Positions 34,228 through 43,710 of a stretch of 55,603 bases of DNA are shown here, one piece after another. The stretch comes from a virus (lineage: Duplodnaviria; Caudoviricetes). The notes below the pieces were generated by a model. The model searched no databases. It was given only the letters and a program-made list of their open reading frames with translations, and was not told where the DNA came from. The stretch is from positions 1 through 55,603 of the IMG/VR virus record IMGVR_UViG_3300031772_000046. One strand, 5' to 3'. Positions within the stretch are counted from its first letter, which is position 1, and the number at the start of each line of letters is the position of its first letter. The position numbers and the translations under genes were made by a program.

Positions 34228-34608
34228 CTAGAATGGCGCGTCTTCTGCCACGTCTTCTTCTCTCACCGGCGGCCTGTGCCCGGCATCCTCGAACTCCGGT
34301 TCCTGATCAGCCACGATCTCCACGGTGTCACACGCGATCTCGTGCGATGTGGACTGCCGGCCCTGGACCTCGTACTCGCGGACGTGATATTCGCCGGTGA
34401 CGGCCAAGGCCATGCCCTTCACGGCCTCGCTGGCGGCCTTGGCTTTGTCACCCCACACCACGAACTTGAGCACGTCGGTGTTGACATCGCCCTCGCGCGC
34501 CCAGCGGCGGGCAACGGTGAGGGTGAACTTCACCGCCAACTTGCCGGTTCTCGTGTAGGTCACGACAGGATTCTCTGTCAGGTGTCCGGTGAAGCAGCAG
34601 GTGTTCAT
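34228..34608 (-). CDS. ssb: Single-stranded DNA-binding protein
   Basis: N...TGHLT..P, FTLTV.R, VWG..A, acidic ...APF tail. Confidence 0.95.
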   Translation of the reverse strand: MNTCCFTGHLTENPVVTYTRTGKLAVKFTLTVARRWAREGDVNTDVLKFVVWGDKAKAASEAVKGMALAVTGEYHVREYEVQGRQSTSHEIACDTVEIVADQEPEFEDAGHRPPVREEDVAEDAPF

Positions 34609-34811
34609 GACGCTTCCTCCTTTTCTTCGATGGCGACGACCTCTGCCTCGCAGTACCGGCTACCGCAGATGGCGCAGTAGCGGACATGGCCGCAGGTGTA
34701 GTTTTCGAGGTCCTTGAACGCGCAATAGACGAGCGGCAACTTATCCCCGACCGCACGTCTTTCGGCTCCAAATTCGACGACCTCGCCGCAGGGAACGCGA
34801 ATGGTCATCAT
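34605..34811 (-). CDS. Small Cys-rich protein
   Basis: GGAGGAGG RBS; coupled to ssb. Confidence 0.55.
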   Translation of the reverse strand: MMTIRVPCGEVVEFGAERRAVGDKLPLVYCAFKDLENYTCGHVRYCAICGSRYCEAEVVAIEEKEEAS

Positions 34812-34819
34812 ACATGCGC

Positions 34820-35278
34820 TCACGCCGCCTCCTCCCCTCTCTTGACCGCCCGCAATGGGACTGCCAGCGCGAACTCCCGATCCGTAGACAAGGTATGGCT
34901 GCCCAATTGACCGCGCGCGTGGACCATGAACCGTCTCTCTGGCGGGGTCATGAGCCAGCCGATCAATTCGGGCAGCAGGGTCCACACATTGCGCCGCCTC
35001 TGCCTCAACGCCAACCCCTCGCGGAAGGAACGATTGAGGCGGTGGTTAAACCGTGTCAGCACGTCCTCTAGCTCGGCGCGGGCGCCCTCGACTGTGGGCA
35101 GAACCCCCGTTGCAAGGTCAAGGTCAACGCACTCGCCTTGATAGCCATCTCCACGGGATGCGATACGGCATCTGAGTACCCGCGATGGGTAGGCAGAGGT
35201 TGTCCATGCGCCGGGGTAGGCACCGGCCAGAAGGTGGAGGGCCAGGACCACACCTACGAAGATGACGATGGTGGGCAT
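34820..35278 (-). CDS. Membrane-anchored HicB-like domain protein
   Basis: N-terminal TM; GDGYQGECVDLDLATG..PTVEGARAEL. Confidence 0.55.
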   Translation of the reverse strand: MPTIVIFVGVVLALHLLAGAYPGAWTTSAYPSRVLRCRIASRGDGYQGECVDLDLATGVLPTVEGARAELEDVLTRFNHRLNRSFREGLALRQRRRNVWTLLPELIGWLMTPPERRFMVHARGQLGSHTLSTDREFALAVPLRAVKRGEEAA

Positions 35279-35715
35279 TCTTTGGACGCCTCCTTCTTCT
35301 CGCGCTCCTCAAAGTACACGCGGCAGCAGTCGGCCCGGACTTCAGGGTTCCATTGGTCGGGGCAGCGGTACTCGCATTGCGCCGCGCTGATCTTGTGTCC
35401 TCGCCCCGCACACCACTCTGTAGTGACGCAGCCTTCGACGTGGGGGCAGGGTTGTACGATGTCGCCTATGTCCAGGTCCAGGAGGGCGCGGGCGCACGCG
35501 GCGCCAATCTGAATCAGATGCACCACGGCGCGAGGATCCGGGCGTCTACTCTCGTCGGAACCCCATCCTAGATTCGTCGCGTGACGCTCGAACAGGGTCA
35601 GTTCCGCGCGAAGGACGCACGCGGCTTCGTAGATGTTCACAAAGCGGTGGGTCTCCTCGCCCGTCGCCGTAAACCGTATCGCATTCAGCGCGTCGGTGAT
35701 GGTGGTGTCGCTCAT
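35254..35715 (-). CDS. Degenerate MazG-like protein with Cys-rich tail
   Basis: F..IYEA..VL..E...LIQIGA...R...DL. Confidence 0.5.
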   Translation of the reverse strand: MSDTTITDALNAIRFTATGEETHRFVNIYEAACVLRAELTLFERHATNLGWGSDESRRPDPRAVVHLIQIGAACARALLDLDIGDIVQPCPHVEGCVTTEWCAGRGHKISAAQCEYRCPDQWNPEVRADCCRVYFEEREKKEASKECPPSSSS

Positions 35716-35912
35716 ACGGATGCCTCCTCTGCCTCCTGCCTGATGATGGCCGCCCAGCAATCGGCACCCGCGCGGTCGCACTTGATGGGGCCAGCGGCTG
35801 GACCGGCCTTGCCTTGATCCACCGGACACACGAACTCCGCCTCGACCGCAGGGCAGCCGCAGTTGTCATACAGGGCCTCGCACGCGCGGCGGAATAGGTC
35901 TGCGTCCGTCAC
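35712..35912 (-). CDS. Cys-rich protein (tandem paralog)
   Basis: RRACE...CP...CP...CW. Confidence 0.65.
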   Translation of the reverse strand: MTDADLFRRACEALYDNCGCPAVEAEFVCPVDQGKAGPAAGPIKCDRAGADCWAAIIRQEAEEASV

Positions 35913-36136
35913 TTGGGTGTCTCCTCGTTCTGCGCCAGTTCGATGTAACGGGCGACCCAGCACTCAATGTTGCCGTTGTCGTCGTCCTCTGGCACGGTGC
36001 ATTTGGCTTGGTCATCAACGTGCCTGGCGGGGCATGGGTAGTGGTAGATGCGCGGGCAACAGTCGCTGTGGCGGAAGTAGACCGTCTCGCAAGCCAGCCT
36101 CAGCGCCCTCGCCAGTACGACGGGATCCTGTGTCAT
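35909..36136 (-). CDS. Cys-rich protein (tandem paralog)
   Basis: RLACE...CP...CP...CW. Confidence 0.65.
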   Translation of the reverse strand: MTQDPVVLARALRLACETVYFRHSDCCPRIYHYPCPARHVDDQAKCTVPEDDDNGNIECWVARYIELAQNEETPK

Positions 36137-36546
36137 GCGGAAGCCTCCTCAAGCAGCGACTGATACTCCTTCATGGCCGCAATCCCCACCAGAACACGGG
36201 GCACCGCGTCGTATCGCTTGTGAACGTCCAGGCTCACGATGCAGGAGTCGTCGCGGTAGATCACGCCGAGAAGGGCGTCCTCGACCGCCTTGATGAGGTT
36301 AGAACAGTCGGGCCGTCCCGTTGGGTACTGCTTCTTCTTCGACTTCGGCGGGCTTGAGTAGAAGACCGCCACTACCGCCAGGGGTTCATCCAGGGGCACT
36401 TCAGGCCGATGCTTCAGGGCCTCTTCCCTGATGCACAGGCGCCATGCCGCCGTGTTGGGGGGTGTGTACGGCCTACCCCCGCGCGTTCCCGAGTGACGCG
36501 CCCGCGCCTCCGCTACCGCCGTGCCGTAGACGGTGAAGGAGATCAT
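36133..36546 (-). CDS. rusA: RusA-family Holliday junction resolvase
   Basis: RPDCSNLIKAVEDAL.GVIYRDD. Confidence 0.95.
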   Translation of the reverse strand: MISFTVYGTAVAEARARHSGTRGGRPYTPPNTAAWRLCIREEALKHRPEVPLDEPLAVVAVFYSSPPKSKKKQYPTGRPDCSNLIKAVEDALLGVIYRDDSCIVSLDVHKRYDAVPRVLVGIAAMKEYQSLLEEASA

Positions 36547-37949
36547 GTCATGTCGCCTCCAAGTTGCAGCTGCTGGGGTACATCGATGGCCCCGCGCTCG
36601 AACGACCACCTTGCTTGTGCGGCCTCCGCGTCTATGCGCTTACGCGCCTCATCGGCATAGGCGGGGTTCAGCTCAACGCCGATGTATGCCCGGCCATGGC
36701 GCACGGCGACAAGCCCTGTGGTGCCCACGCCCATGAAGGGATCGAGGACAACGCACTTGGCGGACCCGTCGTTTGAGGGGCAGGGGCAGGTGGGGCGCCA
36801 GCCGCTAGTATTATAGAGGCGGGTTGCGTTACACGATGCGCCGGCATCATTGCGATCTGGATTTGGCATCGCACGTCTCTGTTTGCGTTCTGATTGCATC
36901 TTCATTACCTGCCGCCTCCATGGCGCTCCGCAGCTTGGACAAGCCATGGGGCTTGTCCCCGCCAGGATGCAGGGTTCGACGAGGGCCGGGGGAAAGACAG
37001 CGAAGTGAGGGCCGGGATAGGGTTCTGTGGGCACCCTCCAGACGTTGCGCTTGTTGCGGCCCCGCAGGGGGTCGCCGTACTGCGCCCGCCCGTCATGTAG
37101 GCCCCCCGTTGTGCGATTGCCCTGCATGGTCAAGGCGCCTGTCTTGTGGGCCGCCGTGTCGGCCGCAAACACTCGCCCGGGCTCCGCCATCGGTTCCCGT
37201 ATCGCGTCGGCGTCATAGGCGTAACTCGAGCTCTTGGCGAGGTGGAACACGTGCTCGTGGGCGCACGTGGTCCTGTCAGTCACACTCTCGGGCATACAGT
37301 TAGACTTGCCCCAGATGTTGTCCTGGCGCAGATACCAGCCGTCCGCACGCAGGGCGAAGGCGAGGAGCCAGGGGATGCCCACTAGATCCTTGGGCTTGAG
37401 GTTTCCCGTTGCCCGCCTTGTAATCTGATACCCCGCCGCACCGCGATTCTTCCCGCCCTTAAGCGTCGAACACGAACTCGGATTCGACATCCCGCCTTGA
37501 GCGTAGGTATCAGCTATGATCACCCACAGCGTGCCGTCCTTGCGCAGCACCCTGCGCACTTCGCCGAAGACCGCCACCAGATGGCCGATGTACATCTCCG
37601 GTGTCGGCTCCGCCCCCAGCTCGCCCCTCCAGGCGCCGCACGCCTGACAGAACAGCCCGCCGGCGACCAATGAATGCCTAAGCGCCCTCTCGCCTATCTG
37701 CCCTTTGCGCCGGGCTTTGCCATCGACCAGCCCCCCATGATAACCAGGATCTAGCCGACCGCCATCATCGCCCCAGTTGGTGTGCGGGCACGCCGGAGCG
37801 CCGCCCCATACCTGCGGCTCAGTACCGTAGGCCCTCAGCCCAAAGTAGGGGGGCGAGGTGACGCAGCAATGTATGCTGTTGTCGGGCAGCGTTGCAAGCG
37901 CGTCCAGGACGTGGCCTGTGATGATGGTGTTGAGGGGCAGGGAAGTCAC
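36543..37949 (-). CDS. N4C/N6A DNA methyltransferase
   Basis: VTSPPY, HFAVFP, VLDPFMGVGTT. Confidence 0.95.
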   Translation of the reverse strand: MTSLPLNTIITGHVLDALATLPDNSIHCCVTSPPYFGLRAYGTEPQVWGGAPACPHTNWGDDGGRLDPGYHGGLVDGKARRKGQIGERALRHSLVAGGLFCQACGAWRGELGAEPTPEMYIGHLVAVFGEVRRVLRKDGTLWVIIADTYAQGGMSNPSSCSTLKGGKNRGAAGYQITRRATGNLKPKDLVGIPWLLAFALRADGWYLRQDNIWGKSNCMPESVTDRTTCAHEHVFHLAKSSSYAYDADAIREPMAEPGRVFAADTAAHKTGALTMQGNRTTGGLHDGRAQYGDPLRGRNKRNVWRVPTEPYPGPHFAVFPPALVEPCILAGTSPMACPSCGAPWRRQVMKMQSERKQRRAMPNPDRNDAGASCNATRLYNTSGWRPTCPCPSNDGSAKCVVLDPFMGVGTTGLVAVRHGRAYIGVELNPAYADEARKRIDAEAAQARWSFERGAIDVPQQLQLGGDMT

Positions 37950-38323
37950 GCTACATCGCCCTCCTCCGCCGCATCCCCGGCCAGCTCGAACTCGTAGGCC
38001 CAGACCTCTTCATTTGTTGATGCCCTGAACGCTCTTTCGTGGGGATCGTATCCGCCATTGATGGCCGCCCACGCCAAGTAGAAGTCTTGGCGGTCGCGGA
38101 ACCCCTCCGCCCGCGCCTCCTCCGCGCTCACGTCCCCGATCTTCTGCCGCCACGCCTTGGCGATGCGGATCCTGGGGCCGCCCTTGCTGTAGTAGTTCGT
38201 GCAGCAGCGGTAAACGTGCCCGACCTTATAACGCTGCACCTCTCCGGCGCGGCGCGTCTGCGTCTTCTGGCCCGCCAGAATCAAGTCGATGAGGTAGGGC
38301 TTGAAGAGCATTGGATACGGCAC
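37946..38323 (-). CDS. ASCH domain protein
   Basis: ILAGQKTQTRR, ARAEGF. Confidence 0.88.
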   Translation of the reverse strand: MPYPMLFKPYLIDLILAGQKTQTRRAGEVQRYKVGHVYRCCTNYYSKGGPRIRIAKAWRQKIGDVSAEEARAEGFRDRQDFYLAWAAINGGYDPHERAFRASTNEEVWAYEFELAGDAAEEGDVA

Positions 38324-38571
38324 CTCCTCTGCCAGTCGGAACGCAGAACGGTCTTCATGACCCATCCGCTGGCCTCCAGAGCCCAAGCCGCCTTCGTGCC
38401 TCCAGGCAGGTAGGCGTACACCCGCATACCCCGCCCTCGCTTCTGGACCTTGGCACCACAGCGGAGGGTTGTCATCAACCCGGCCCTGGCCCGGCGCGCG
38501 ACGGCATCGCCCCTCGACCCATACACCTCCCGGAGGCGCTTGCGGGCGTGCTTGGATATGACCATGCGCAT
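38281..38571 (-). CDS. Hypothetical protein (DUF4258/RelE-like N-terminus)
   Basis: VISKHARKRLRE...VMKTVL. Confidence 0.5.
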   Translation of the reverse strand: MRMVISKHARKRLREVYGSRGDAVARRARAGLMTTLRCGAKVQKRGRGMRVYAYLPGGTKAAWALEASGWVMKTVLRSDWQRRCRIQCSSSPTSST

Positions 38572-38574
38572 GGG

Positions 38575-39300
38575 CTACCCCTCCTCCGCCATTGCGGCCT
38601 CAAGACACACGGCCTCGATTGCCGCCAACCTCCGCGCCATCAGCCGCGTGATCCCGTGCTTCCAGTTTGGGTCCACGGCCCACCTCGTACCGACACCGGC
38701 AATGGTCGGCCCGTGGTAGTACCGCCCGTCCTCGTAGAGGTAGCACATCGCCAGCAAACGGGCAGCGGCGTAGACGCTGGCTTCAAGCGACTCATAGCGA
38801 AACGCGGTGTTGGGCGTATCGTCGTAGGCGCCGATCCCAAAGGCGTTGTGGCACACCACCCCGATGAGTGAATCCCCAAACCCACTCTCCCAGTCGGCTA
38901 TCGTCACCAGAAGCAGGGGATTGACGTAGCGGAATCCCTCGCCCTCGACTGGAACCCACGCCGCGTCCAGGAACACCTCGCCCATACCTTGCATGGGTGA
39001 GGCGTGGAGGATCTTGTTAATCTCAGGCACCGTGATGTTGATGGGGATGGTCATGTCCATCTCCTGTGGCTCGGACCACCCACCCCGAGAGACGGGGGTT
39101 GTCCTCATGCGCGTCGAGACTTTGACCGACCGCGATGCTTCCAGCATGTCCATGCCGTGCGCCTTGGCGGCGATCTGGACATCAGGCGGCGGCAAGTCGA
39201 GGATCGGCGTTGACTCATACGGGACGGCCATGGCCGCGCCCTGGACGAAACCCATGGAGAACAACACGAGGATGCTCAGGACGGTTTGCCAGCGTCGCAT
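38575..39300 (-). CDS. Secreted glucosaminidase (GH73-like) cell-wall hydrolase
   Basis: Signal peptide; WESGFG, NAFGIGAYD, WAVDPNW. Confidence 0.85.
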   Translation of the reverse strand: MRRWQTVLSILVLFSMGFVQGAAMAVPYESTPILDLPPPDVQIAAKAHGMDMLEASRSVKVSTRMRTTPVSRGGWSEPQEMDMTIPINITVPEINKILHASPMQGMGEVFLDAAWVPVEGEGFRYVNPLLLVTIADWESGFGDSLIGVVCHNAFGIGAYDDTPNTAFRYESLEASVYAAARLLAMCYLYEDGRYYHGPTIAGVGTRWAVDPNWKHGITRLMARRLAAIEAVCLEAAMAEEG

Positions 39301-39303
39301 TGG

Positions 39304-39534
39304 CTACGCCTCCTCTGTGTGAAGTGGACGCCGCGCCCTCATCATGGGTCTGGCCTTGCGTGCATCGATCACGTCACCCCAGCACTCGCCCTCACCGCAG
39401 GTCAGGATGTCGGCGCAGGACTTGCGCAGCGCCTCGCGAACGGCCTTGTGGTAGTTGCGCTTGTCACCATAGAGGCGCCAGGACTGGGTTTCCGTTTCGC
39501 CGCAGGGAAACTCGACAGTCAGGTAGAGGATCAC
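39304..39534 (-). CDS. Hypothetical protein
   Basis: GTGA-coupled start after the DnaC-like gene. Confidence 0.55.
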   Translation of the reverse strand: MILYLTVEFPCGETETQSWRLYGDKRNYHKAVREALRKSCADILTCGEGECWGDVIDARKARPMMRARRPLHTEEA

Positions 39535-40340
39535 GCCGAATGCCCCCTCCCTCGATAGCTTTTGCCGCCGTTCTCCACGAACGCACACCTGTCCATCAGC
39601 CGGTCGAAGGCCCTGTCTTTGATGTACCCCCTCAGTTCATTGGGGGTCAGGTTCGTCGTCGCCAGCAGCGGTTGATGGTTTGCCGTCCTCTCGTCGATGA
39701 TGTAGAAGAGCCTGTCCCTATCGGCCTCAGACCACCGCTTCGCGCCCAGGTCGTCAAGAACGGGCAGGTCCATCGCCAGGATCGCATCCAGGATGTCAAG
39801 CTCGTTCTCCTTGGCGCGGTCGCCATAGCTCGCGTTGATCTCAAACATCAACTTCTGGACCTTGAGGAACACGGCGACACCTCCCTTGCCCACGACCTCT
39901 CCGAGAATGGCGGCGGCCAGATGGGACTTGCCGTTGCCAACCGGCCCCCACAGCAGAAGGCCCTGCGTCTGCGGCCAGCCTGAAGCATAGGATTTGGCCG
40001 CCTCGAACGCGCCCTTGCAGCCGTCACGGAGGGCGAAGTTGCGAAACGTCTTTTCCTGTAGGTCCAGGGGCAGCCCCCAGTCCGGCCACCGTTCCAGGTA
40101 ACGTTCCCGCCGCGTCGTCTGATGCGTCTGGCGCTGGCGCTTCTCGGCCTGCGCCTCCGCCCTGTCGCGGCACATTGGGCACGCGGGGATGATCCACTTG
40201 AGTTCGCCCAGTAGCGTTATCTGCAGGGCCTTGATCTCTGTCCCGCACGTCGGACATGCGCGTGCCGTCGGCGGCGATGAACTCGCCCCTGGAATAGAAG
40301 TCGTCTTCAGGATGTCGCCCAGCCGCTGCGGCCCCTGCAC
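39531..40340 (-). CDS. DnaC/IstB-like helicase loader ATPase
   Basis: Zn finger, GPVGNGKS, VLDDLG, TTNL, DRL. Confidence 0.93.
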   Translation of the reverse strand: MQGPQRLGDILKTTSIPGASSSPPTARACPTCGTEIKALQITLLGELKWIIPACPMCRDRAEAQAEKRQRQTHQTTRRERYLERWPDWGLPLDLQEKTFRNFALRDGCKGAFEAAKSYASGWPQTQGLLLWGPVGNGKSHLAAAILGEVVGKGGVAVFLKVQKLMFEINASYGDRAKENELDILDAILAMDLPVLDDLGAKRWSEADRDRLFYIIDERTANHQPLLATTNLTPNELRGYIKDRAFDRLMDRCAFVENGGKSYRGRGHSA

Positions 40341-41145
40341 GTGCACCCACCCCCTCGTAGTGCAGCCACTCGTCGGTCTTGCCGTCGTTCCTGAAGACGA
40401 ACTCGGGCGTGCCAAATACGCGCTCGTCGCCGTTCACGCCGCAATGCCAAGGCGAACCGCGAATGTTCGTAACGGCTTGGCAGAGCTCTTCGACCGTGAA
40501 CGTCTTCAGCCGCGTCTGGATCTTCGCCCGCCGGTCGGGAGTGAGGCGAAGTGCTTTCTTGAACGGCCCCGCTGGCCCGGCGAAGGTCGCGTTGTAGTGG
40601 AGCATGATCAGGGCGACAGGATCGACATTACTCTCTTCCCCTCCGGTAGGTGCAAGTGAAGGAGAAGGAGAAGGAGAAGGAGAAGGGGAAGGGGAAGCAA
40701 CTTTTTGAGCGATTTTCAGCGATTTCTCGCTAACTTTGCCCGATCTTAGCGATGTTGCTGTGGCGCGGATCCAGGGCGCATCGGCCGGCGGCGGGCAACT
40801 TGATTCATCTGTGGTGCGCTTCGATTGTGGGATGTAGTTCTGGTATTCGTACCACTTCGATGGGTCAATAGCCATGTACCGCTGTTCGTCTAGCTGGTAT
40901 AAGTGAACCAGCCCATGGGCAGCGTACAGTTCAACCACCGCTTCAATATCAGCCGCCGCGATATGATCCAGGGCGGGGAACAGGGACAACTTCAATGATA
41001 CGGGATCGAATTTTGCCCTGGCCCAATCGTCGAAGGCGAGAAGAAACCAGGGCCACATCAGCACGGCCCGTTCATCCCTCAGTCCGATTGCCGCAAGTCC
41101 ACTATTGACGGACATCTTGTTTGAGACGTACCGTTTACGGCTCAT
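40024..41145 (-). CDS. Phage replication initiator / replisome organizer
   Basis: FDDWAR..LK..LFP N-domain, (SP)n linker, LTPDRRAKI..RL C-domain. Confidence 0.85.
   Translation of the reverse strand: MSRKRYVSNKMSVNSGLAAIGLRDERAVLMWPWFLLAFDDWARAKFDPVSLKLSLFPALDHIAAADIEAVVELYAAHGLVHLYQLDEQRYMAIDPSKWYEYQNYIPQSKRTTDESSCPPPADAPWIRATATSLRSGKVSEKSLKIAQKVASPSPSPSPSPSPSLAPTGGEESNVDPVALIMLHYNATFAGPAGPFKKALRLTPDRRAKIQTRLKTFTVEELCQAVTNIRGSPWHCGVNGDERVFGTPEFVFRNDGKTDEWLHYEGVGARAGAAAAGRHPEDDFYSRGEFIAADGTRMSDVRDRDQGPADNATGRTQVDHPRVPNVPRQGGGAGREAPAPDASDDAAGTLPGTVAGLGAAPGPTGKDVSQLRPP
40658..40757. repeat. (GAAGGA)n tract and AGCGAT iterons, probable origin inside the initiator gene
   Basis: Hexamer tandem 40658-40697, then repeated AGCGATTT. 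Confidence 0.55.
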
Positions 41146-41167
41146 GTCGTCCTCTGATGCCCCCTCG

Positions 41168-41545
41168 TCAGACGCTCATCATCGCGCGCAGGAGCCGCCA
41201 GAAGGCGGGGCCAGTACCCCGTTCGGTACACTCCAGCGCCAACTCGGAACCGTCGCGCATGTGGGCAAACTCCGGTGATAGCTGGCGGTTCTGGAGTTCG
41301 AGTTCATGGATGGTGTAACCATCGTCGGAAATGCGCCACTTCCACGTCTCGGTGTTGCGGTACGTCAGGTACACCTGGAGGTAGTCGTTGTGGCGGTCCA
41401 GAAACGGCAGGGTGACTACAACCGTGTTGCCCTCAACGCTGCGGCGCGTCTCACGCCAAAGATGTTGAAATAACTCGGAAACCGCGTGTCCCGCCGTGGT
41501 ACTCAGGTACTGCGGGTCGAATATCGCAGATTCGGCCATGGTCAC
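41168..41545 (-). CDS. DUF1828 domain protein
   Basis: TLPFLDRHNDYLQVY...ISDDGYT. Confidence 0.85.
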   Translation of the reverse strand: MTMAESAIFDPQYLSTTAGHAVSELFQHLWRETRRSVEGNTVVVTLPFLDRHNDYLQVYLTYRNTETWKWRISDDGYTIHELELQNRQLSPEFAHMRDGSELALECTERGTGPAFWRLLRAMMSV

Positions 41546-41733
41546 TCACCCTCCCCCTGGACCCAGACATGGCCGTGGACGCGCCAATGGATGAGGAGCA
41601 AGTCGAAGCAAAGGCGCGGCGCCGCGAGGAAGAACGGCATGACCATGAAAGCGAACGACACGCCCCAGCCACAGGCGTTGAATTGAACCCAGCCACGGAC
41701 TGGACCCTTGGCGAACTGGACTGGCCTAGCCAT
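41542..41733 (-). CDS. Small hydrophobic protein
   Basis: AAGGAG RBS before MARPVQF. Confidence 0.5.
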   Translation of the reverse strand: MARPVQFAKGPVRGWVQFNACGWGVSFAFMVMPFFLAAPRLCFDLLLIHWRVHGHVWVQGEGE

Positions 41734-42667
41734 GTTGCGGCATCTCCTTCCATTGGCGGCCGTCAAGCAGGTCGCCGGCGGCCTTGCGACCGACGCGGAC
41801 CATTGTGGCGCTCGGCTCGACGGCGACTCGGAAATCCAGGACAAAGCCGCGAACGCCGAGATGGACATGCTTCAGTCCCTTCTCCATGGCCCAACCCTGA
41901 TCGCCTTTCCGCCACTCGCCGTGTCCTTTCATCCAGTAGGGCACCCCCGCCGCCATGCATTGGTCGCGCAGACGACGCAGCCAGTCGGGGTGACAGGGGC
42001 GGGCGCCGGGGCCTGTCTCGCCGCCGGCAATGATCCAAGAGACCGGTTGGCTGGCGCCATAACGGGCCAACATGTCTTCGGCGCGTTCGTGCTCGCCCTC
42101 GAAGGTCAGATACCGTATCAGATCCACCGGCCCCAACAGCGCCTCACACGAAACGAACCTGAGCGCCGCCTGGGTTTCGAGGAGCGGAGGAATGCGGATG
42201 TCCGCCGCCTCCTGATTCTCGACGCTCACCCCAAGCCAGACGTTGCGAAGGGGCCAGTTCCAGGGATTCACGCCGCTGCATTCCCTGAAAATCCGCCACA
42301 AAGTAGCCGTGTTATTCAGGTACCCCATTGCGTTCTCGGGACGCTTCGTCAGGATCTGAAACGTCAAACGGGGCGCATGGGCCATGACCGCAAATACGCG
42401 GTCTAGCACGTCGGTTGACACGTCCTCATGAAACAGATCCCCCATGCTGTCGACAAACACGCGACAGGGCCGCCATCTCAGAGGAAGTTCCAGCCTGTCG
42501 GGATGGAACGTGACACGGAAGGGATCGTCCTGGGGATACCCATACCGCCCCGCAAGACGCGTGGCGAACCGGCGGGCGTAGCAACGCTCGTAACATTGGA
42601 GCCCGGGGCTACAGCCGGTGGTGGGGTTCCATACACGGTCGGTCCACTCGATAAGGGACTTGCCCAT
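41726..42667 (-). CDS. Phage Gp37/Gp68 (DUF5131) radical-SAM-like protein
   Basis: IEWTD..WNP.TGC...C..CYA, SMGDLFH, LTKRP, GGETG. Confidence 0.93.
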   Translation of the reverse strand: MGKSLIEWTDRVWNPTTGCSPGLQCYERCYARRFATRLAGRYGYPQDDPFRVTFHPDRLELPLRWRPCRVFVDSMGDLFHEDVSTDVLDRVFAVMAHAPRLTFQILTKRPENAMGYLNNTATLWRIFRECSGVNPWNWPLRNVWLGVSVENQEAADIRIPPLLETQAALRFVSCEALLGPVDLIRYLTFEGEHERAEDMLARYGASQPVSWIIAGGETGPGARPCHPDWLRRLRDQCMAAGVPYWMKGHGEWRKGDQGWAMEKGLKHVHLGVRGFVLDFRVAVEPSATMVRVGRKAAGDLLDGRQWKEMPQHG

Positions 42668-42668
42668 C

Positions 42669-43028
42669 CTACATCCCCTCCATCGCTTGCCGTATCTCCG
42701 CTTCATGTGCGGGACACAGCCACCCGTGGTCGCGTGGGTCGCCCATGTACAGGGTCAGCCACTCGTCGGACGATTCGGCGCGGCACAACAGACAGGTGTA
42801 GCCGATGAACTTCCCCTCGCGGCGAATTGCGAGAACATCGTTACGCACAGTAACCCGGTTAAGCGTGCCGTCCCGGTTGTCGTGTTGCTGGTGGGGCGCA
42901 AGCGACCGGGGGCCGTCTTCGGTCAGCCATTTGTAGACGCGGCGGTGGTTGTATGGCCTGCCACCGGGAATCGGCTCACCGCACTTGTACAGGAACTCGT
43001 CGTCGAGGCGGATAAGATACACGCTCAC
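42669..43028 (-). CDS. Zinc-finger hypothetical protein
   Basis: CLLC...CPAH. Confidence 0.65.
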   Translation of the reverse strand: MSVYLIRLDDEFLYKCGEPIPGGRPYNHRRVYKWLTEDGPRSLAPHQQHDNRDGTLNRVTVRNDVLAIRREGKFIGYTCLLCRAESSDEWLTLYMGDPRDHGWLCPAHEAEIRQAMEGM

Positions 43029-43465
43029 AGCTTGTCCACCTCCGCGAGGGCCGCCTTCAGTTCCCCAATGAACCCCCGCCGCCAGTTGTAGGCCGATGAA
43101 CCCTTTTGGCTGTCCTCCTCGCCGAGAGGCAGGGCCTTCGTGTCGCGTTCGAAGTCTGCGATGAACCGCAGGAGGCGCAGGTACACCTTGATGTACGGCT
43201 CCCAGCCGTCACGGGCGGCGGCGATGAAGGCAGCGTTCTCGTGCCACTTGTCGTCGCCTACGGCAACCGGAAAGGCGACCAGCCCATTGTCAAGCGTCAC
43301 GGCGACAAGTTTGCCCGCGTCGTCAAGGTCGGTGGGGTCAGGATTGGGCGCCGTGGCAACGCCCACAACATTGCTGCAATCCCTGTCGTCCTCGCAGAAC
43401 TCATACCACGGCCCCGGCGTCGCCGCCTCGCACACCTTCAGGTCAGCGTCAGGGTCACGCTTCAT
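43025..43465 (-). CDS. Ead/Ea22-like protein
   Basis: ATPGPW...NAAFIAAAR. Confidence 0.8.
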   Translation of the reverse strand: MKRDPDADLKVCEAATPGPWYEFCEDDRDCSNVVGVATAPNPDPTDLDDAGKLVAVTLDNGLVAFPVAVGDDKWHENAAFIAAARDGWEPYIKVYLRLLRFIADFERDTKALPLGEEDSQKGSSAYNWRRGFIGELKAALAEVDKL

Positions 43466-43710
43466 ACCATCCCCGCCTCCTCAAGGGCCTTCTTGGCGCG
43501 GTCTATCGGTACGTCCAGCAATGCCTGCCACTCGTCGTCGGAAGATCCTTCAAGTATGGCGCCCTCGGAGGCGATGTACTCGGGGCCAGAGCGGAGGTTT
43601 ATGATGTCCTCAAGTGCCTCGCGTAGGATCTTCTCCCTGCACTCCAGATCCTCGATTGCCTCCTCAAGTTGGTGGTGCAAGCACAGGATCTCACTCATCA
43701 TCGTCGGCAA
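43462..43710 (-). CDS. Hypothetical protein
   Basis: ORF packing. Confidence 0.65.
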   Translation of the reverse strand: MPTMMSEILCLHHQLEEAIEDLECREKILREALEDIINLRSGPEYIASEGAILEGSSDDEWQALLDVPIDRAKKALEEAGMV

